From Myxococcota bacterium (GTDB taxonomy: Bacteria > Myxococcota_A > SURF-8): 64,000 nucleotides of DNA. The position numbers and the translations under genes are program-made. The DNA is taken from NCBI GenBank assembly GCA_963674735.2, contig CAXXQS010000001.1, positions 1,408,001 to 1,472,000 on the forward strand, in the 5' to 3' direction. Shown one piece after another: positions 9,474 to 19,724 of the stretch (positions within the stretch are counted from its first letter, which is position 1; each line of letters begins with the position of its first letter). The notes under the pieces are model-generated. The model was not told the origin of the DNA and made no database searches. It saw only the letters and a program-made list of their open reading frames with translations.

Positions 9474-10193
9474 GTGGCTGTTTATTTGATTACAGGTGCA
9501 TCATCCGGGATCGGGGAACAACTTTCACGGCAAGCCTGCAAAAACGGCCACACCGTCTATGGAATAGCGCGCAGAATCGATTTGCTGAAAAAGCTGGAAA
9601 AGGAACTGGATGGGCGATTCATTCCGATTGCCTGCGATGTAGCGGATGCCGAAGCCGTCCAAGCGGTTGTTGAAAGCCTGAAAGATCTGCCGGATATTGC
9701 GATCTTGAACGCCGGTGTCGGCGATTTCGATTCCAGGCGAAAAATCGATTCAGCCATGCATGCCAAAACCTTCGCCGTCAATTACTTCGGTGTTATGCAT
9801 TTTATCAGCGCCCTTTTCCCTGCCTTCGTAAGCCGTGGGAGCGGAACTTTCGTCGCGACTTCGAGCATGGCGGGTTATCGCGGACTTCCCAATGCCGCAG
9901 CCTATTGCGCGAGCAAGGCCGCCATCTCGGTCGCCATGGAGTCCATGCGCTGCACCTACCGGAAACAAGGCATCCGTTTCGTTACCATTCACCCTGGTTT
10001 TGTCGATACACCGATGACGCAAGTGAACAGCACTCCCATGCCGTTTTTATGGTCAGCCGAAAAGGCGGCTCACCACATTTTACATAAAATCGATCGCGGT
10101 TGTTGGCATATCAACTTCCCCCTCCCCATTTGGGTGGCGATGTGGATTGCCCGAGTGATTCCGGCCGGTCTCTACAGACGAATCATGAGATAA
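9474..10193 (+). CDS. Short-chain dehydrogenase/reductase
   Basis: TGASSGIG, NAG and YCASK motifs; AGGAGG RBS before the GTG start. Confidence 0.93.
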   Translation: MAVYLITGASSGIGEQLSRQACKNGHTVYGIARRIDLLKKLEKELDGRFIPIACDVADAEAVQAVVESLKDLPDIAILNAGVGDFDSRRKIDSAMHAKTFAVNYFGVMHFISALFPAFVSRGSGTFVATSSMAGYRGLPNAAAYCASKAAISVAMESMRCTYRKQGIRFVTIHPGFVDTPMTQVNSTPMPFLWSAEKAAHHILHKIDRGCWHINFPLPIWVAMWIARVIPAGLYRRIMR

Positions 10194-10217
10194 AACCATC
10201 GCGAGGAACGTTTAACC

Positions 10218-10865
10218 ATGCCCAAATCTTCCTGTAAATCCGACTTCCGCCAAGCATCGATTGCCAAACGCGACAATATCGATGCGGAACTTCGCGCAAC
10301 CTGGTCACATGAAGCCTGTGAAAGACTCACCTCGCTTGATGAGTTCCAAACGGCCGCTGCCATTCATGTTTTTGTTCCTTTCGGGTCGGAAATAGATACC
10401 CGGCCGCTAATCGAACAGGCGTGGAAAGAAGGAAAAACGGTGGTGGTCCCTAGAACCGATGTCGCCCATCAGAGACTCGAACATTGCATCATCAACGGCT
10501 GGCAAGATCTCGTCCCCGGTTATGCCTCCATCCCGGAACCGAGAGAAAACACCGAACGATTCGGTGTCTCTGAATTGGATTTGGTGGTGACACCCGGCTG
10601 CGCTTTTGATCCTTACGGAGCGCGCATGGGTTATGGCGGTGGGTACTATGACCGTTTTCTATATCTGACAACCGCCTCGCGCGTAGCCATTGCCTTCGAT
10701 ATCCAAATCATCGATCAGGTTCCCTACTGTGCCCACGATTTGCTGGTACACAAGGTGGTAACGGAAAAACGTGTTCTGATTTGCGATGCAACCGGCCAAC
10801 CACCCTGCTTTCTGATGCGCGAACACCCCGAAACCTGTCCGTATTCGGGGGACAATCGAAAATAG
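10218..10865 (+). CDS. 5-formyltetrahydrofolate cyclo-ligase
   Basis: EIDTRPLI, VVVPR, IPEP, PGCAFD, RMGYGGGYYDRFL and HD motifs. Confidence 0.93.
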   Translation: MPKSSCKSDFRQASIAKRDNIDAELRATWSHEACERLTSLDEFQTAAAIHVFVPFGSEIDTRPLIEQAWKEGKTVVVPRTDVAHQRLEHCIINGWQDLVPGYASIPEPRENTERFGVSELDLVVTPGCAFDPYGARMGYGGGYYDRFLYLTTASRVAIAFDIQIIDQVPYCAHDLLVHKVVTEKRVLICDATGQPPCFLMREHPETCPYSGDNRK

Positions 10866-10882
10866 AGTAGATTTGTTCGCGG

Positions 10883-11302
10883 CTATTCGCCGATGATTTT
10901 CACCAATACCCGCTTGCGACGACGGCCATCGAACTCGCCATAGAAAATCTGTTCCCAGGTGCCGAAATCAAGACGTCCTTCGGTGATGGCAACAACCACC
11001 TCACGCCCCATCACCTGCCTCTTCATATGGGCGTCGGCGTTGTCTTCGCCAGTGCGGTTGTGAAAATACTGCGAAGTCGGCTCATGAGGCGCCAGTTTTT
11101 GCAACCATTTCTCATAGTCTTCGTGCAGCCCGGATTCATCGTCGTTAATAAACACGGAGGCGGTGATATGCATGGCGTTGACCAGCACCAATCCCTCTTG
11201 AATGCCGCTATCGATCAGGCATTCTTCAACTTTTGGGGTAATGTTGATGAAAGCGCGGCGTGTGGGGATGTCGAACCAAAGCTCTTTGCGATAGCTTTTC
11301 AT
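10883..11302 (-). CDS. yjbQ: YjbQ/UPF0047 family protein
   Basis: [27 protein letters not shown] and [13 protein letters not shown] motifs. Confidence 0.93.
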   Translation of the reverse strand: MKSYRKELWFDIPTRRAFINITPKVEECLIDSGIQEGLVLVNAMHITASVFINDDESGLHEDYEKWLQKLAPHEPTSQYFHNRTGEDNADAHMKRQVMGREVVVAITEGRLDFGTWEQIFYGEFDGRRRKRVLVKIIGE

Positions 11303-11329
11303 GAGGAATCCTGTTCTGTTATCGGGTCG

Positions 11330-11890
11330 CTATTGCCAACGGGCGTCGTATTCAGCCGGGTCCTGGGGAGTGGATCCACCACCCGTCCATTGAACATCGA
11401 CGTTGCGACCGCCGCTGAACGTAATGGCACAGGCGAACCAACCTCCCAGGTAGGTCCACCACTGCGGCATGGGCTCGGCGAAATCGCGAACCGTTGCATG
11501 AACATGTCCCTTGCCCTGCGATTTGATCTGGATGGTTCCGCCGTTGATGACCCGCTGTTTCCAGAGAATAGCCGCAGTTTTGAGTACCCACTCAACCGAA
11601 ATGATTTTCATCAGCAAACGCTGGGTGGCGGAGAGATCAAACTCGCTGTTATGAAAGCCTAAATCGACCAGAACCTTTTCGTTTTTAGGCGTTAGAACGT
11701 CACCCACTCCTTTTAAAACCGCCGCTACATGCATGAAATCAACGTTCTTTTTGGGGTTGATTTTCGACTTGAAAATGGCGTTGGTTGAGGGCTCGAAAGT
11801 AGCGCAGACATCATGCCAAGCCTGTTGACCATACCATTTCTTTACAAACACCTCACTGGCAATCATGAAACGGTTTGTGATTTGGACCAT
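11330..11890 (-). CDS. Hypothetical protein, DUF2378/TIGR02265 (H-NOX/V4R-like) type
   Basis: Pattern FVKKWYG…W, LG…, W…G-T-I and GWFA…FSGG resembles this myxobacterial family; RBS GGAGGG. Confidence 0.5.
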   Translation of the reverse strand: MVQITNRFMIASEVFVKKWYGQQAWHDVCATFEPSTNAIFKSKINPKKNVDFMHVAAVLKGVGDVLTPKNEKVLVDLGFHNSEFDLSATQRLLMKIISVEWVLKTAAILWKQRVINGGTIQIKSQGKGHVHATVRDFAEPMPQWWTYLGGWFACAITFSGGRNVDVQWTGGGSTPQDPAEYDARWQ

Positions 11891-12050
11891 CTCACCCTCC
11901 GATTTGAATGGATTATGGACGATCAGTTTATCATAACGAGTGAGCTTGACAACTTTTTCGCAAGCAATTACCCAAACGGGCGGATAGACTCTTGCTGTCT
12001 ATTCAAGCCCAGCCTATAATCGCGGAGCGTTTTCAATCGAGGAGTGGCTC

Positions 12051-12338
12051 ATGCATGTCGGTGCACTGAAAGTCAGAGTTCGTCTTTACGCCTGCACGGG
12101 CTTAAAAGCGAAACGCTCGGAAGTCAAGCGGATACTGGCACGAATCAAAGCTCGTTTCCCGGTTGCCATGGCGGAAGTCGGGGAACTGGACAAATGGCAA
12201 GTAGCCGAGTTGGGCTTTACTTGTGTTTCAAACGATCCCACGGTCTGCGAACGTATCCTCGATCAAGTCGAAGACGAAATCGAAGCCAAAGCCGATGCGG
12301 AAGTGCTTGGAGGTGAACGCGAAATCAGTAAGTTTTAA
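12051..12338 (+). CDS. DUF503 family protein
   Basis: LKAKRSEVKRILARIKARFPVAMAEVGELDKWQ…GFTCVSND pattern; GGAG RBS. Confidence 0.88.
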   Translation: MHVGALKVRVRLYACTGLKAKRSEVKRILARIKARFPVAMAEVGELDKWQVAELGFTCVSNDPTVCERILDQVEDEIEAKADAEVLGGEREISKF

Positions 12339-15130
12339 GACGTTTTACGACGTCTCCAAAGCAGGAAGCACGAGAACAGGAACAAGGCCGCCAATCCGTT
12401 GACCGAACCTTGCCCACCCCAACAACCTCCTCCGTTATCGACAGGCTCCTGATCCGCTTGAAAGCGTTGAATCAGGTAGTGGTCGATCGAGGCCAAGTCA
12501 CGGGTTTTGACGGTCCATTCGGCCGGATCGGAGTCCAGCGCAAGCAGGGTTGCCTCCCCGTTGGTTGAAACACGGGAAACGCGATCGAGTCCGGGTGTGA
12601 TAAAGGGAAGATGGATCGTGATTTCGGTTGAGTTTACACTCCCATAGGGATCGCTGACGCGTAGAATGGAGTTATGCGCCCGTTTCAAACTTTGACCGTC
12701 GGTGGTCGTCCATTCGAGCAACGGCAGATTGCGATTGTCGGCAGTCACCGACAGAACGGCCTCTCCGGTGGAAAGATCGGTGACGGAACCGATGTAGCCA
12801 CGAACCGTTCGGTCGCCGGTCATCAGGTAGCGTTCGCGTTGATGTCGGTCGAGAAGCAACTCCAGGACCACAGCCGCGGTGACACCATGCTGGAAAGGCG
12901 ACGGCTGGCCTACTCCGCCTTGAGTAGCAAAATCTTCGATATTGTATGAACCGGGAGCCCAACCAACGCGACCGGTCAGCCCGTCATAGGCATCGTGCAG
13001 TCCACCGGGATCGGCCGCCATCAGCAGGTCGAGGGTGGCCCGTCGTAGTTCAGCCGCTTCCTCTTCATAACCATAACGAAACAACGCCGTAGCCGTCGCA
13101 TAGCTGGCCATGGGCCATATCTGCCCCTGACGAAAATAGCCATCCTGGTCGCGGTCGAAATCCGGGTCGTCGTAGGCGACCGTCGGCATGGGCCAACGTT
13201 TGACGTCCAGCAGTTCGAATTCCCCATCTTCTCGGGCGACGCGCGTTGCCCGCATCCAGAAGCGATTCGGATTGGTGATGCCGGAAAGCACTTGAAGAAT
13301 GCGGTCGGCCCGCAAAGCCAGGCCGACGTACAAAGGCCAAATCTGCGCCGGGGTATCCGATTCGACAAAGCGGAAACCGGCTCCTTTTCTTTCGCGATCG
13401 AGATAACGAGCATCCCCGGACGACCATAGGTAAGATTCGACAGCGCGGCTGGTATTGGCGGCCAAAGTCAGCCATTGATTGATTTCGCTTTGTGGAGCCT
13501 CAACCCATTTCCCCATCTGGGCCATACTCGTGTAATAGAGATACAGCCACGAATTCAAATCGACCGCTTCGACTTCTTCCGCTTGTCCTTCTTCGCACCG
13601 GGCATTGTCGCTCAAACTGCATCCAAAGCGCACGGAATCGCCCCAGCCACTTTCTGCCGGACTGACATACTCACAGAGTGCATCGGCCGCACTCTCCGGG
13701 TTGTTCCCAACGATTTCCGCGTCTCGCTGATTGCGCCAGAATTCGAGCCAGGCGGATGAAGCTTGGTACATTTCTTCCAACCAAGCGGTATCCCGTCCAC
13801 CATCGGCTTTGAAAACAGCCAGAGCCGCCGCGCCGAGACTCGGCGGAGCCGAAATATACGAATCCGGTTGCAATGGCGTTCCGTCTTCCCACATACGGCC
13901 ATGTAAAAAGCCGACGCTATCACGCGGGGTTTCCAGCTGATGAGAAAAGAAAAAGGATAATAAAGACTTGGCGCTTTCCGGGTCGAACTCGGCCAATCCA
14001 ACAGCTAAAAACGCGGCGTCGGCAAGGCGGAATTCGTTTTGATAGCTTTTCGTCGAAACCGCTGTCGGGGCCAGCATATCGCCGGTTTCCCCATAGCGGC
14101 CGTGAACCAAAGCAGCTAAGGCCAAGTCAGCCAACTGACGATCTTGATCGAAAACCGTATGAACGGGTGGCAAGGCTTCGATTTGGGTTTCCCAGCGGGA
14201 TTTGGCTTCTCCTACCAGCAGATTGGGCTGCAATCCCGCTCTTTCCATCGAGGCGTTGAGTCGAGCTCTAAGCTGTGATGGATCGACAGACGCGTCATTG
14301 ACACTGACATCTCGACCGTAGGCCAGCAATATGGCAAAGGAAAGCTTGGCCTCGGGCGCCATCGTCAGTTCGGACAAACCAACCACATATGCACCTACCG
14401 ACTCATCGCCGCTGGCCTTCAGAATGGTCGGAGCTCCGGGACCGGTGACGCCAAGAAATCGTAAAAAATGCACCGGCAAAGTTGCGTTTCCGTCGTCGCA
14501 ATCCAACAACACGGATGTCTCCTGCTTATCGACAAAACGACAGCGGTCGTCGTCACGCGAAACGGTTTCCATCGTTTCCAATTCCGTGTCGGCATCTTTG
14601 AAAAACACCATGCGCGGATTGAAGGTCAAGGTTTGCTCGGATGTGTTGCGCAGGGTGACATGCCACATCAGGACATCGCGATCGATGAAGACGACATCGG
14701 CTTCATGATAGATGACCCCGAGATAGGCTTCTTCGGTCCAGCCCCAGGGAGAAAACGTGATTTCGCGATCATCGGGAGAATAGTCGCCCTGCCCCACCAA
14801 CTCGAAATAAGATTGATCCCATTGACGGTTCAGCCGTGATTGGGCCCAGCAGGCATAATGGGCCATGTTGAGCGCGTGATCGAACCCGACCGGTTCGCCC
14901 GAGACGAACTCATGGTCGAGTCGTACACTGGCTTTAACGCCGACATGCGAAGCCAGATCGGAAAAGGCTCCCCCAACCGTGAGGTCTTCAACGAAAAAAG
15001 GAGCTCCGCTGATCGGAACGGGCGAATCATCGGGAAGCTCCACATGCGGCACTCCCGAATCGGCCCAAACCGATCCGGCGGTTAACCACACTGCACACAC
15101 ACATAAACCTATCGGCAGCCACAATCGCAT
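12335..15130 (-). CDS. Secreted GH63/MGH1-like (alpha/alpha)6 glycoside hydrolase-fold protein with MYXO-CTERM-like anchor
   Basis: Signal peptide; ESGW.DS.RF, VDLNSWLY, IWPLY, GQIWP and YDGLTG motifs; C-terminal GGGC + TM + RRRK. Start at 15130 after GGAGG. Confidence 0.75.
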   Translation of the reverse strand: MRLWLPIGLCVCAVWLTAGSVWADSGVPHVELPDDSPVPISGAPFFVEDLTVGGAFSDLASHVGVKASVRLDHEFVSGEPVGFDHALNMAHYACWAQSRLNRQWDQSYFELVGQGDYSPDDREITFSPWGWTEEAYLGVIYHEADVVFIDRDVLMWHVTLRNTSEQTLTFNPRMVFFKDADTELETMETVSRDDDRCRFVDKQETSVLLDCDDGNATLPVHFLRFLGVTGPGAPTILKASGDESVGAYVVGLSELTMAPEAKLSFAILLAYGRDVSVNDASVDPSQLRARLNASMERAGLQPNLLVGEAKSRWETQIEALPPVHTVFDQDRQLADLALAALVHGRYGETGDMLAPTAVSTKSYQNEFRLADAAFLAVGLAEFDPESAKSLLSFFFSHQLETPRDSVGFLHGRMWEDGTPLQPDSYISAPPSLGAAALAVFKADGGRDTAWLEEMYQASSAWLEFWRNQRDAEIVGNNPESAADALCEYVSPAESGWGDSVRFGCSLSDNARCEEGQAEEVEAVDLNSWLYLYYTSMAQMGKWVEAPQSEINQWLTLAANTSRAVESYLWSSGDARYLDRERKGAGFRFVESDTPAQIWPLYVGLALRADRILQVLSGITNPNRFWMRATRVAREDGEFELLDVKRWPMPTVAYDDPDFDRDQDGYFRQGQIWPMASYATATALFRYGYEEEAAELRRATLDLLMAADPGGLHDAYDGLTGRVGWAPGSYNIEDFATQGGVGQPSPFQHGVTAAVVLELLLDRHQRERYLMTGDRTVRGYIGSVTDLSTGEAVLSVTADNRNLPLLEWTTTDGQSLKRAHNSILRVSDPYGSVNSTEITIHLPFITPGLDRVSRVSTNGEATLLALDSDPAEWTVKTRDLASIDHYLIQRFQADQEPVDNGGGCWGGQGSVNGLAALFLFSCFLLWRRRKTS

Positions 15131-15272
15131 GGTTGTCCTCCTGACAAACCGGATCGGACACAGTTCGAAGGCGCAAATCCGCCCTGAGATTCGCTTCATT
15201 TTACTCCATTAAATAGAATTAGGCAACCAAAACGTATGACCAGAAAAGATGGATTCCGTAGATTCGTTGACC

Positions 15273-16565
15273 CTATGCCAGACTGCGTTCGATTCGAATG
15301 AACGTGCCTTTCCCTCGAATGCTGTCCAGGCGATCGATTACGGACATAGCACAACGGATGTTTTTCTCTTGCGTACGGTGAACCACGATTTCCAACTCAC
15401 CCAAATCCGGGACATTAGGGACGAGTTCGGCCGAGACGGTACTGACCGAGATGCCGTGTCGACCCAAGACTCCGGCTACCTCTCCGATCACGCCGGGTTT
15501 ATCGAGAACCGTCCAACGCAGGTAGTACTCCGTTTCGATTTCATCGGCGTCGATGACACGCAGTGGCTGGCTGCCGTCTTCAAGGCGGACGGCCTTCGTG
15601 GTTCGTCGGCAGATATCTACAATATCCGCGTATACGGCGGAAGCGGTTGGAAGCGATCCGGCTCCACGACCCGACAACATCACTTCCCCTACTGCGTCGC
15701 CGTTTAAGTAGACGGCATTGAATTCGTTGCGAACACTCGCGAGGGGATGCAAGCGCGGAATCAAGGTCGGATGCACACGGAGTTCCATGCCATCGCTACG
15801 ACGTCGCGCAATAGCAAGCAATTTAATCACCAGTCCCTGCGACCTGGCAAAACGGAAATCGGATTCGACCAGCCCGGAGATCCCTTCGCATAGAATATCG
15901 CCTTCCGGGAAGGCACCACCCAACATGTGAGCGCCCAAAATCCGCAGCTTTTGCATGGCATCGAATCCCTCGACATCCATTGTCGGATCGGCCTCTGCAA
16001 AGCCCATTTCGCCCGCGAGTTTCAACGATTCATGATAGCTCAGCCCTTCTTCTTCCATTTTCGTCAGAATGAAGTTTGTGGTGCCATTGATGATCGCGGT
16101 TAGCGAGGTGATTCGGTTGGCAACCAAGCTTTCGCGCAGCGTTTTCAGAATCGGAATTCCCCCTCCGACAGACGCTTCGGCATACAGGGGAGTCTTGTGC
16201 TCGCTGGATAACCGATAGAGTTCGGGGCCTTGCGCGGCTATCAAGGCTTTATTGGCGCTCACGACAGGTTTATCGGCTCTAAGAGCGGATGAGACGATTT
16301 GTGCCGCTTCTTGAGTGCCGCCGATGAGTTCCACGACGATATCGATGCTCGGATCGTCGAGAATATCATGGAAATCACGACTGATTTGAATGCCAGAAAC
16401 ATCGCAGCCGCGCTTTTTGGACGGCGTACGAACGACAGCTTTGGCCACTTCCAACTCGATTCCATACTGGGACATCAAACGGTCGTGGCGCTTCTGAATA
16501 ATATTGATGAGGCCGCTACCGACCGTACCGAGACCGAAAACACCCAATCGAATTTTGTTTGCCAT
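15273..16565 (-). CDS. hom: Homoserine dehydrogenase with C-terminal ACT domain
   Basis: GLGTVG, VVSANKA, EASVGGGIP, INGTTNFIL, GFAEADP, GRGAG and DKPGVI motifs; AAGGAG RBS before ATG 16565. Confidence 0.96.
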   Translation of the reverse strand: MANKIRLGVFGLGTVGSGLINIIQKRHDRLMSQYGIELEVAKAVVRTPSKKRGCDVSGIQISRDFHDILDDPSIDIVVELIGGTQEAAQIVSSALRADKPVVSANKALIAAQGPELYRLSSEHKTPLYAEASVGGGIPILKTLRESLVANRITSLTAIINGTTNFILTKMEEEGLSYHESLKLAGEMGFAEADPTMDVEGFDAMQKLRILGAHMLGGAFPEGDILCEGISGLVESDFRFARSQGLVIKLLAIARRRSDGMELRVHPTLIPRLHPLASVRNEFNAVYLNGDAVGEVMLSGRGAGSLPTASAVYADIVDICRRTTKAVRLEDGSQPLRVIDADEIETEYYLRWTVLDKPGVIGEVAGVLGRHGISVSTVSAELVPNVPDLGELEIVVHRTQEKNIRCAMSVIDRLDSIRGKGTFIRIERSLA

Positions 16566-16602
16566 AGTCGCGCTCCTTACTACCCGTCCTGAAACAGTTT
16601 CG

Positions 16603-17754
16603 TTATTCGGCAATGAATTGTCCAATCAACCGATTCACCTGATCGAACTCAATCAGAAATCCATCGTGACCATGAACGGACTCGATACATCCGTATTGCA
16701 CGTTTAGACCGACATGACCAGCAATATCATGTAGTTGCTTGACTTCTTCGGCTTCATACAAAATATCCGATTCAACTGAAACAAACAACAATTTAGACCT
16801 TACCAAACGCAAAGCCGATTCAATGCCTCCTCGTTTCATACCTATATCATGGGAATCGAGAATACCCAGCAACTTGATGTAGCTGTTGGCATCGAATCGA
16901 CGGATCAGTTTTTCGCCTTGGTAATCGAGATAGCTTTGAACTTGAAAACAGCTTTGATCTGATTCCAAGCTTGGATTCTCTTCACGTCCGAAACGAGTGT
17001 CGAATTCCACCTTGCTGCGATAAGTGATCATCGCGATCTGACGCGCCAGACTGAGACCCAGCATCGGAGCCGGACCGCCGTAATAGTCACCGCCTCGAAA
17101 TGCGGGATCCAAATCGAAAAGTCGTCTTTGAATATGGTTGAAAGCCAGTGCCTGTGCATTTGAAATTCCCGGGGCAGCCAGAACGGCAACTCGTTTGGCT
17201 GCAGCGGGGAACAGGATAGCCCACTCCAAAGCAATCATGCCCCCCAAGGAGCCACCGATCGCCAATGCGAGTGAACGAAACCCCAAATATTCGGCAACCA
17301 AACGATGGTGAATGCGCGCCAGATCCCGAACGGTTAGGTCGGGAAAAGCGGCCCCCATGGGTTCGTCCGCCCCAACTTCCCGATCCACCGGGCCGGAAGA
17401 ACCATAGCAACTGCCGGGATGATTGGCACAAATAACACAATATTTTCGTTTATCCAGGCAAGCACCCGGCGCAAAGAGTGGCTCCCACCATCCTTTGACG
17501 TCACCGTCGATGCTCTTATAACCAGCGCAATTTGCATCCCCGGTTAGGGCATGAAAAACGACCACGATATTCGAATGATCGGCATTGGGACGGCCGAAAA
17601 TGCGGTAGGCAACCCGTAAATTTGTAAAACGAACTCCGGCCTCGGTTATGAAAGCTTCGAAGACGGCTTTATGCAGTGTGTCCTCGGCGAGACGTGTCGC
17701 TGCAGTTGACGAAGGAGTGGCGTCTGCGTAAAAAGTAACGTTTCGGTCAGTCAC
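16603..17754 (-). CDS. metX: Homoserine O-acetyltransferase
   Basis: HALTG, GSCYGSSGP, GGSLGG nucleophile elbow, RFDANSY and HGHDGFL motifs. Confidence 0.95.
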   Translation of the reverse strand: MTDRNVTFYADATPSSTAATRLAEDTLHKAVFEAFITEAGVRFTNLRVAYRIFGRPNADHSNIVVVFHALTGDANCAGYKSIDGDVKGWWEPLFAPGACLDKRKYCVICANHPGSCYGSSGPVDREVGADEPMGAAFPDLTVRDLARIHHRLVAEYLGFRSLALAIGGSLGGMIALEWAILFPAAAKRVAVLAAPGISNAQALAFNHIQRRLFDLDPAFRGGDYYGGPAPMLGLSLARQIAMITYRSKVEFDTRFGREENPSLESDQSCFQVQSYLDYQGEKLIRRFDANSYIKLLGILDSHDIGMKRGGIESALRLVRSKLLFVSVESDILYEAEEVKQLHDIAGHVGLNVQYGCIESVHGHDGFLIEFDQVNRLIGQFIAE

Positions 17755-18997
17755 GCTTCAACCCACCTTCCAGATCCGCGATGATATCCTCCGGATCTTC
17801 CAAACCGACACTCATACGGATCAAATCATCCGGCGCTCCGGCAAGAAGACGGTCTTCCGGCGACAAGGGTTCGTGGGATGTCGAAGCGGGGTGCAGAATC
17901 AGGGTTTTCGTGTCGCCCAGATTGGCAAGATGATGGATCATACAAACCCGATCGACCAGTTGTTTTGCCGCTTCATACCCGCCTCTCAGCCCAAATGACA
18001 GCAAGGCGGGTGTCCCCCCCGACACGTAACGTTTCGCGGTCTCATACGACGGATGATCCTCGAAAATCGGGCTGTTGATCCAGGCGACATCGGGGTGATT
18101 GCGTAGCCACGTTGCAACTTTCACCGTGTTTTCGCCATGTCGCTTCATCCGCAGAGCCAGAGTCTCAAGGCCTTGCACAAACAAATAGGCGTTCATCGGA
18201 GCCATCGCCGCGCCATAGTCGCGTAACATTTCATCCCGAATTCCAAGGATGTAGGGTGACGGGAACCCGGCGTAAGCTTTCAGGTGGGGAGTATGGGATA
18301 CCCAGTCGAAATTACCGCCTGCCAGCACGATTCCCCCCAGCGACCCACCATGACCGCCGATATATTTGCTCGCCGAATGAATTACCACATCCGCGCCGTG
18401 CTCAAGCGGTCTGCATAAGTAAGGAGAGGCAACCGTATTATCGACGAATAGAGGAAGGTTGTTCGCCCGTGCAATCTCGGAAATGCGTTTGAAATCGGGG
18501 ATATCGATCCTTGGATTCCCGACGGTTTCGCAATAGAGCAGGCGGGTTTGAGGCGTAATCGCCGCGGCAAAGGTATCCGGGTCGGACGAGTCGACGAAAT
18601 GCGTGGTGATACCCATACGTGGGAGTGTGTCCTTGAAAAGATGAAAGGTCCCTCCGTAAAGCGACGCCGAAGAAATGATTGCGTCTCCAGTTTTACAGAT
18701 ATTTAGCACGGCGGCCGAGATGGCGGCCATACCCGAAGCAAACGCGACGGCCAGACTCGCGCCTTCGAGATCGGCCATTCGTTTTTCAAAAACATCGATG
18801 GTGGGGTTGTTGATGCGTGTATAGATAAATCCGGGTTCTTCCAATCGAAACAGATTGGCCGCATGCTCGCTGTCGTTGAAAACATAGGCGGTCGTCTGGT
18901 AGAGAGGAACGACTCGGGAGTTGTTGTGCTCTTCGGGATGATACCCGGCATGCAGGGCACGTGTGGCGAAGCCCCAATTTCTTGGACTTTTTGACAT
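17747..18997 (-). CDS. metY: O-acetylhomoserine sulfhydrylase (aminocarboxypropyltransferase)
   Basis: PLYQTTAY, IYTRINNPT, ASGMAA, HSASKY (PLP Lys), NLGD and HPASTSH motifs; overlaps metX. Confidence 0.92.
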   Translation of the reverse strand: MSKSPRNWGFATRALHAGYHPEEHNNSRVVPLYQTTAYVFNDSEHAANLFRLEEPGFIYTRINNPTIDVFEKRMADLEGASLAVAFASGMAAISAAVLNICKTGDAIISSASLYGGTFHLFKDTLPRMGITTHFVDSSDPDTFAAAITPQTRLLYCETVGNPRIDIPDFKRISEIARANNLPLFVDNTVASPYLCRPLEHGADVVIHSASKYIGGHGGSLGGIVLAGGNFDWVSHTPHLKAYAGFPSPYILGIRDEMLRDYGAAMAPMNAYLFVQGLETLALRMKRHGENTVKVATWLRNHPDVAWINSPIFEDHPSYETAKRYVSGGTPALLSFGLRGGYEAAKQLVDRVCMIHHLANLGDTKTLILHPASTSHEPLSPEDRLLAGAPDDLIRMSVGLEDPEDIIADLEGGLKRD

Positions 18998-19175
18998 TCT
19001 GCTCTCCCTCCCGATTGCACCAAGGCAAAATCCGGGACTTGGTTTGTTCGACTGGCAGATTTTGTCCCCAATTTGGAGCTTGTTGTCAAGTAAACCCTTA
19101 AAATATCTCGGTTTGCAGCCAACAAAAATGCATGCAGAACTAGGGAGAGAAATTGCACAACTTTAAAGAATTCTA

Positions 19176-19517
19176 TCAAATGGCATCGTATTGGCGAATT
19201 ATCTGATAGAGATTCAACGAGCTGTCATCATCAAGGCGGTTAAAAACGACTCCAAACTCAGACTGCTCTGACTCCGCTTGGGCTTCCTGAACATGAACGA
19301 CCTTAAATTCACCCGTAATTTCAATGCGCTCCGTCCCCATGGCTGGAACTAGCTTAAAGTCACCGAGATCGCCCACAGCCAGCTCGGTCGTTGTTTGTAG
19401 CGACATTCCGCTCATGCTGAGGTTATTGCAAGTGGCTTCGGTCCATTCCGTTGTGTTTTTCAATCGAATCGGGATTTGATAGGGAATTCTATTGCGTTTG
19501 CGACGTTCGTCCGACAT
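19176..19517 (-). CDS. Stand-alone PilZ-domain protein (c-di-GMP receptor)
   Basis: RRKRNR (RxxxR) and NLSMSG (D/NxSxxG) motifs; GGAG RBS before ATG 19517. The longer ORF overlaps the opposite gene. Confidence 0.88.
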   Translation of the reverse strand: MSDERRKRNRIPYQIPIRLKNTTEWTEATCNNLSMSGMSLQTTTELAVGDLGDFKLVPAMGTERIEITGEFKVVHVQEAQAESEQSEFGVVFNRLDDDSSLNLYQIIRQYDAI

Positions 19518-19724
19518 TTCATTCTCCTGAGTGATGGGTGTGAGTGTTCCTTTCCCTGATGTGACGAAAAATCGCCCATCTTTTGTCCATAGTATTTCTT
19601 TTTTCTTTTTTCTTGTCAGTGAAAATTTGGTCGCTTTAGATTGTTGATTGATTGGGATCATGTTATAAATCCAAAGTCCAAATTTAGACGTTTTCTCGAC
19701 AAACAACGATTCCGGGAGACATCG

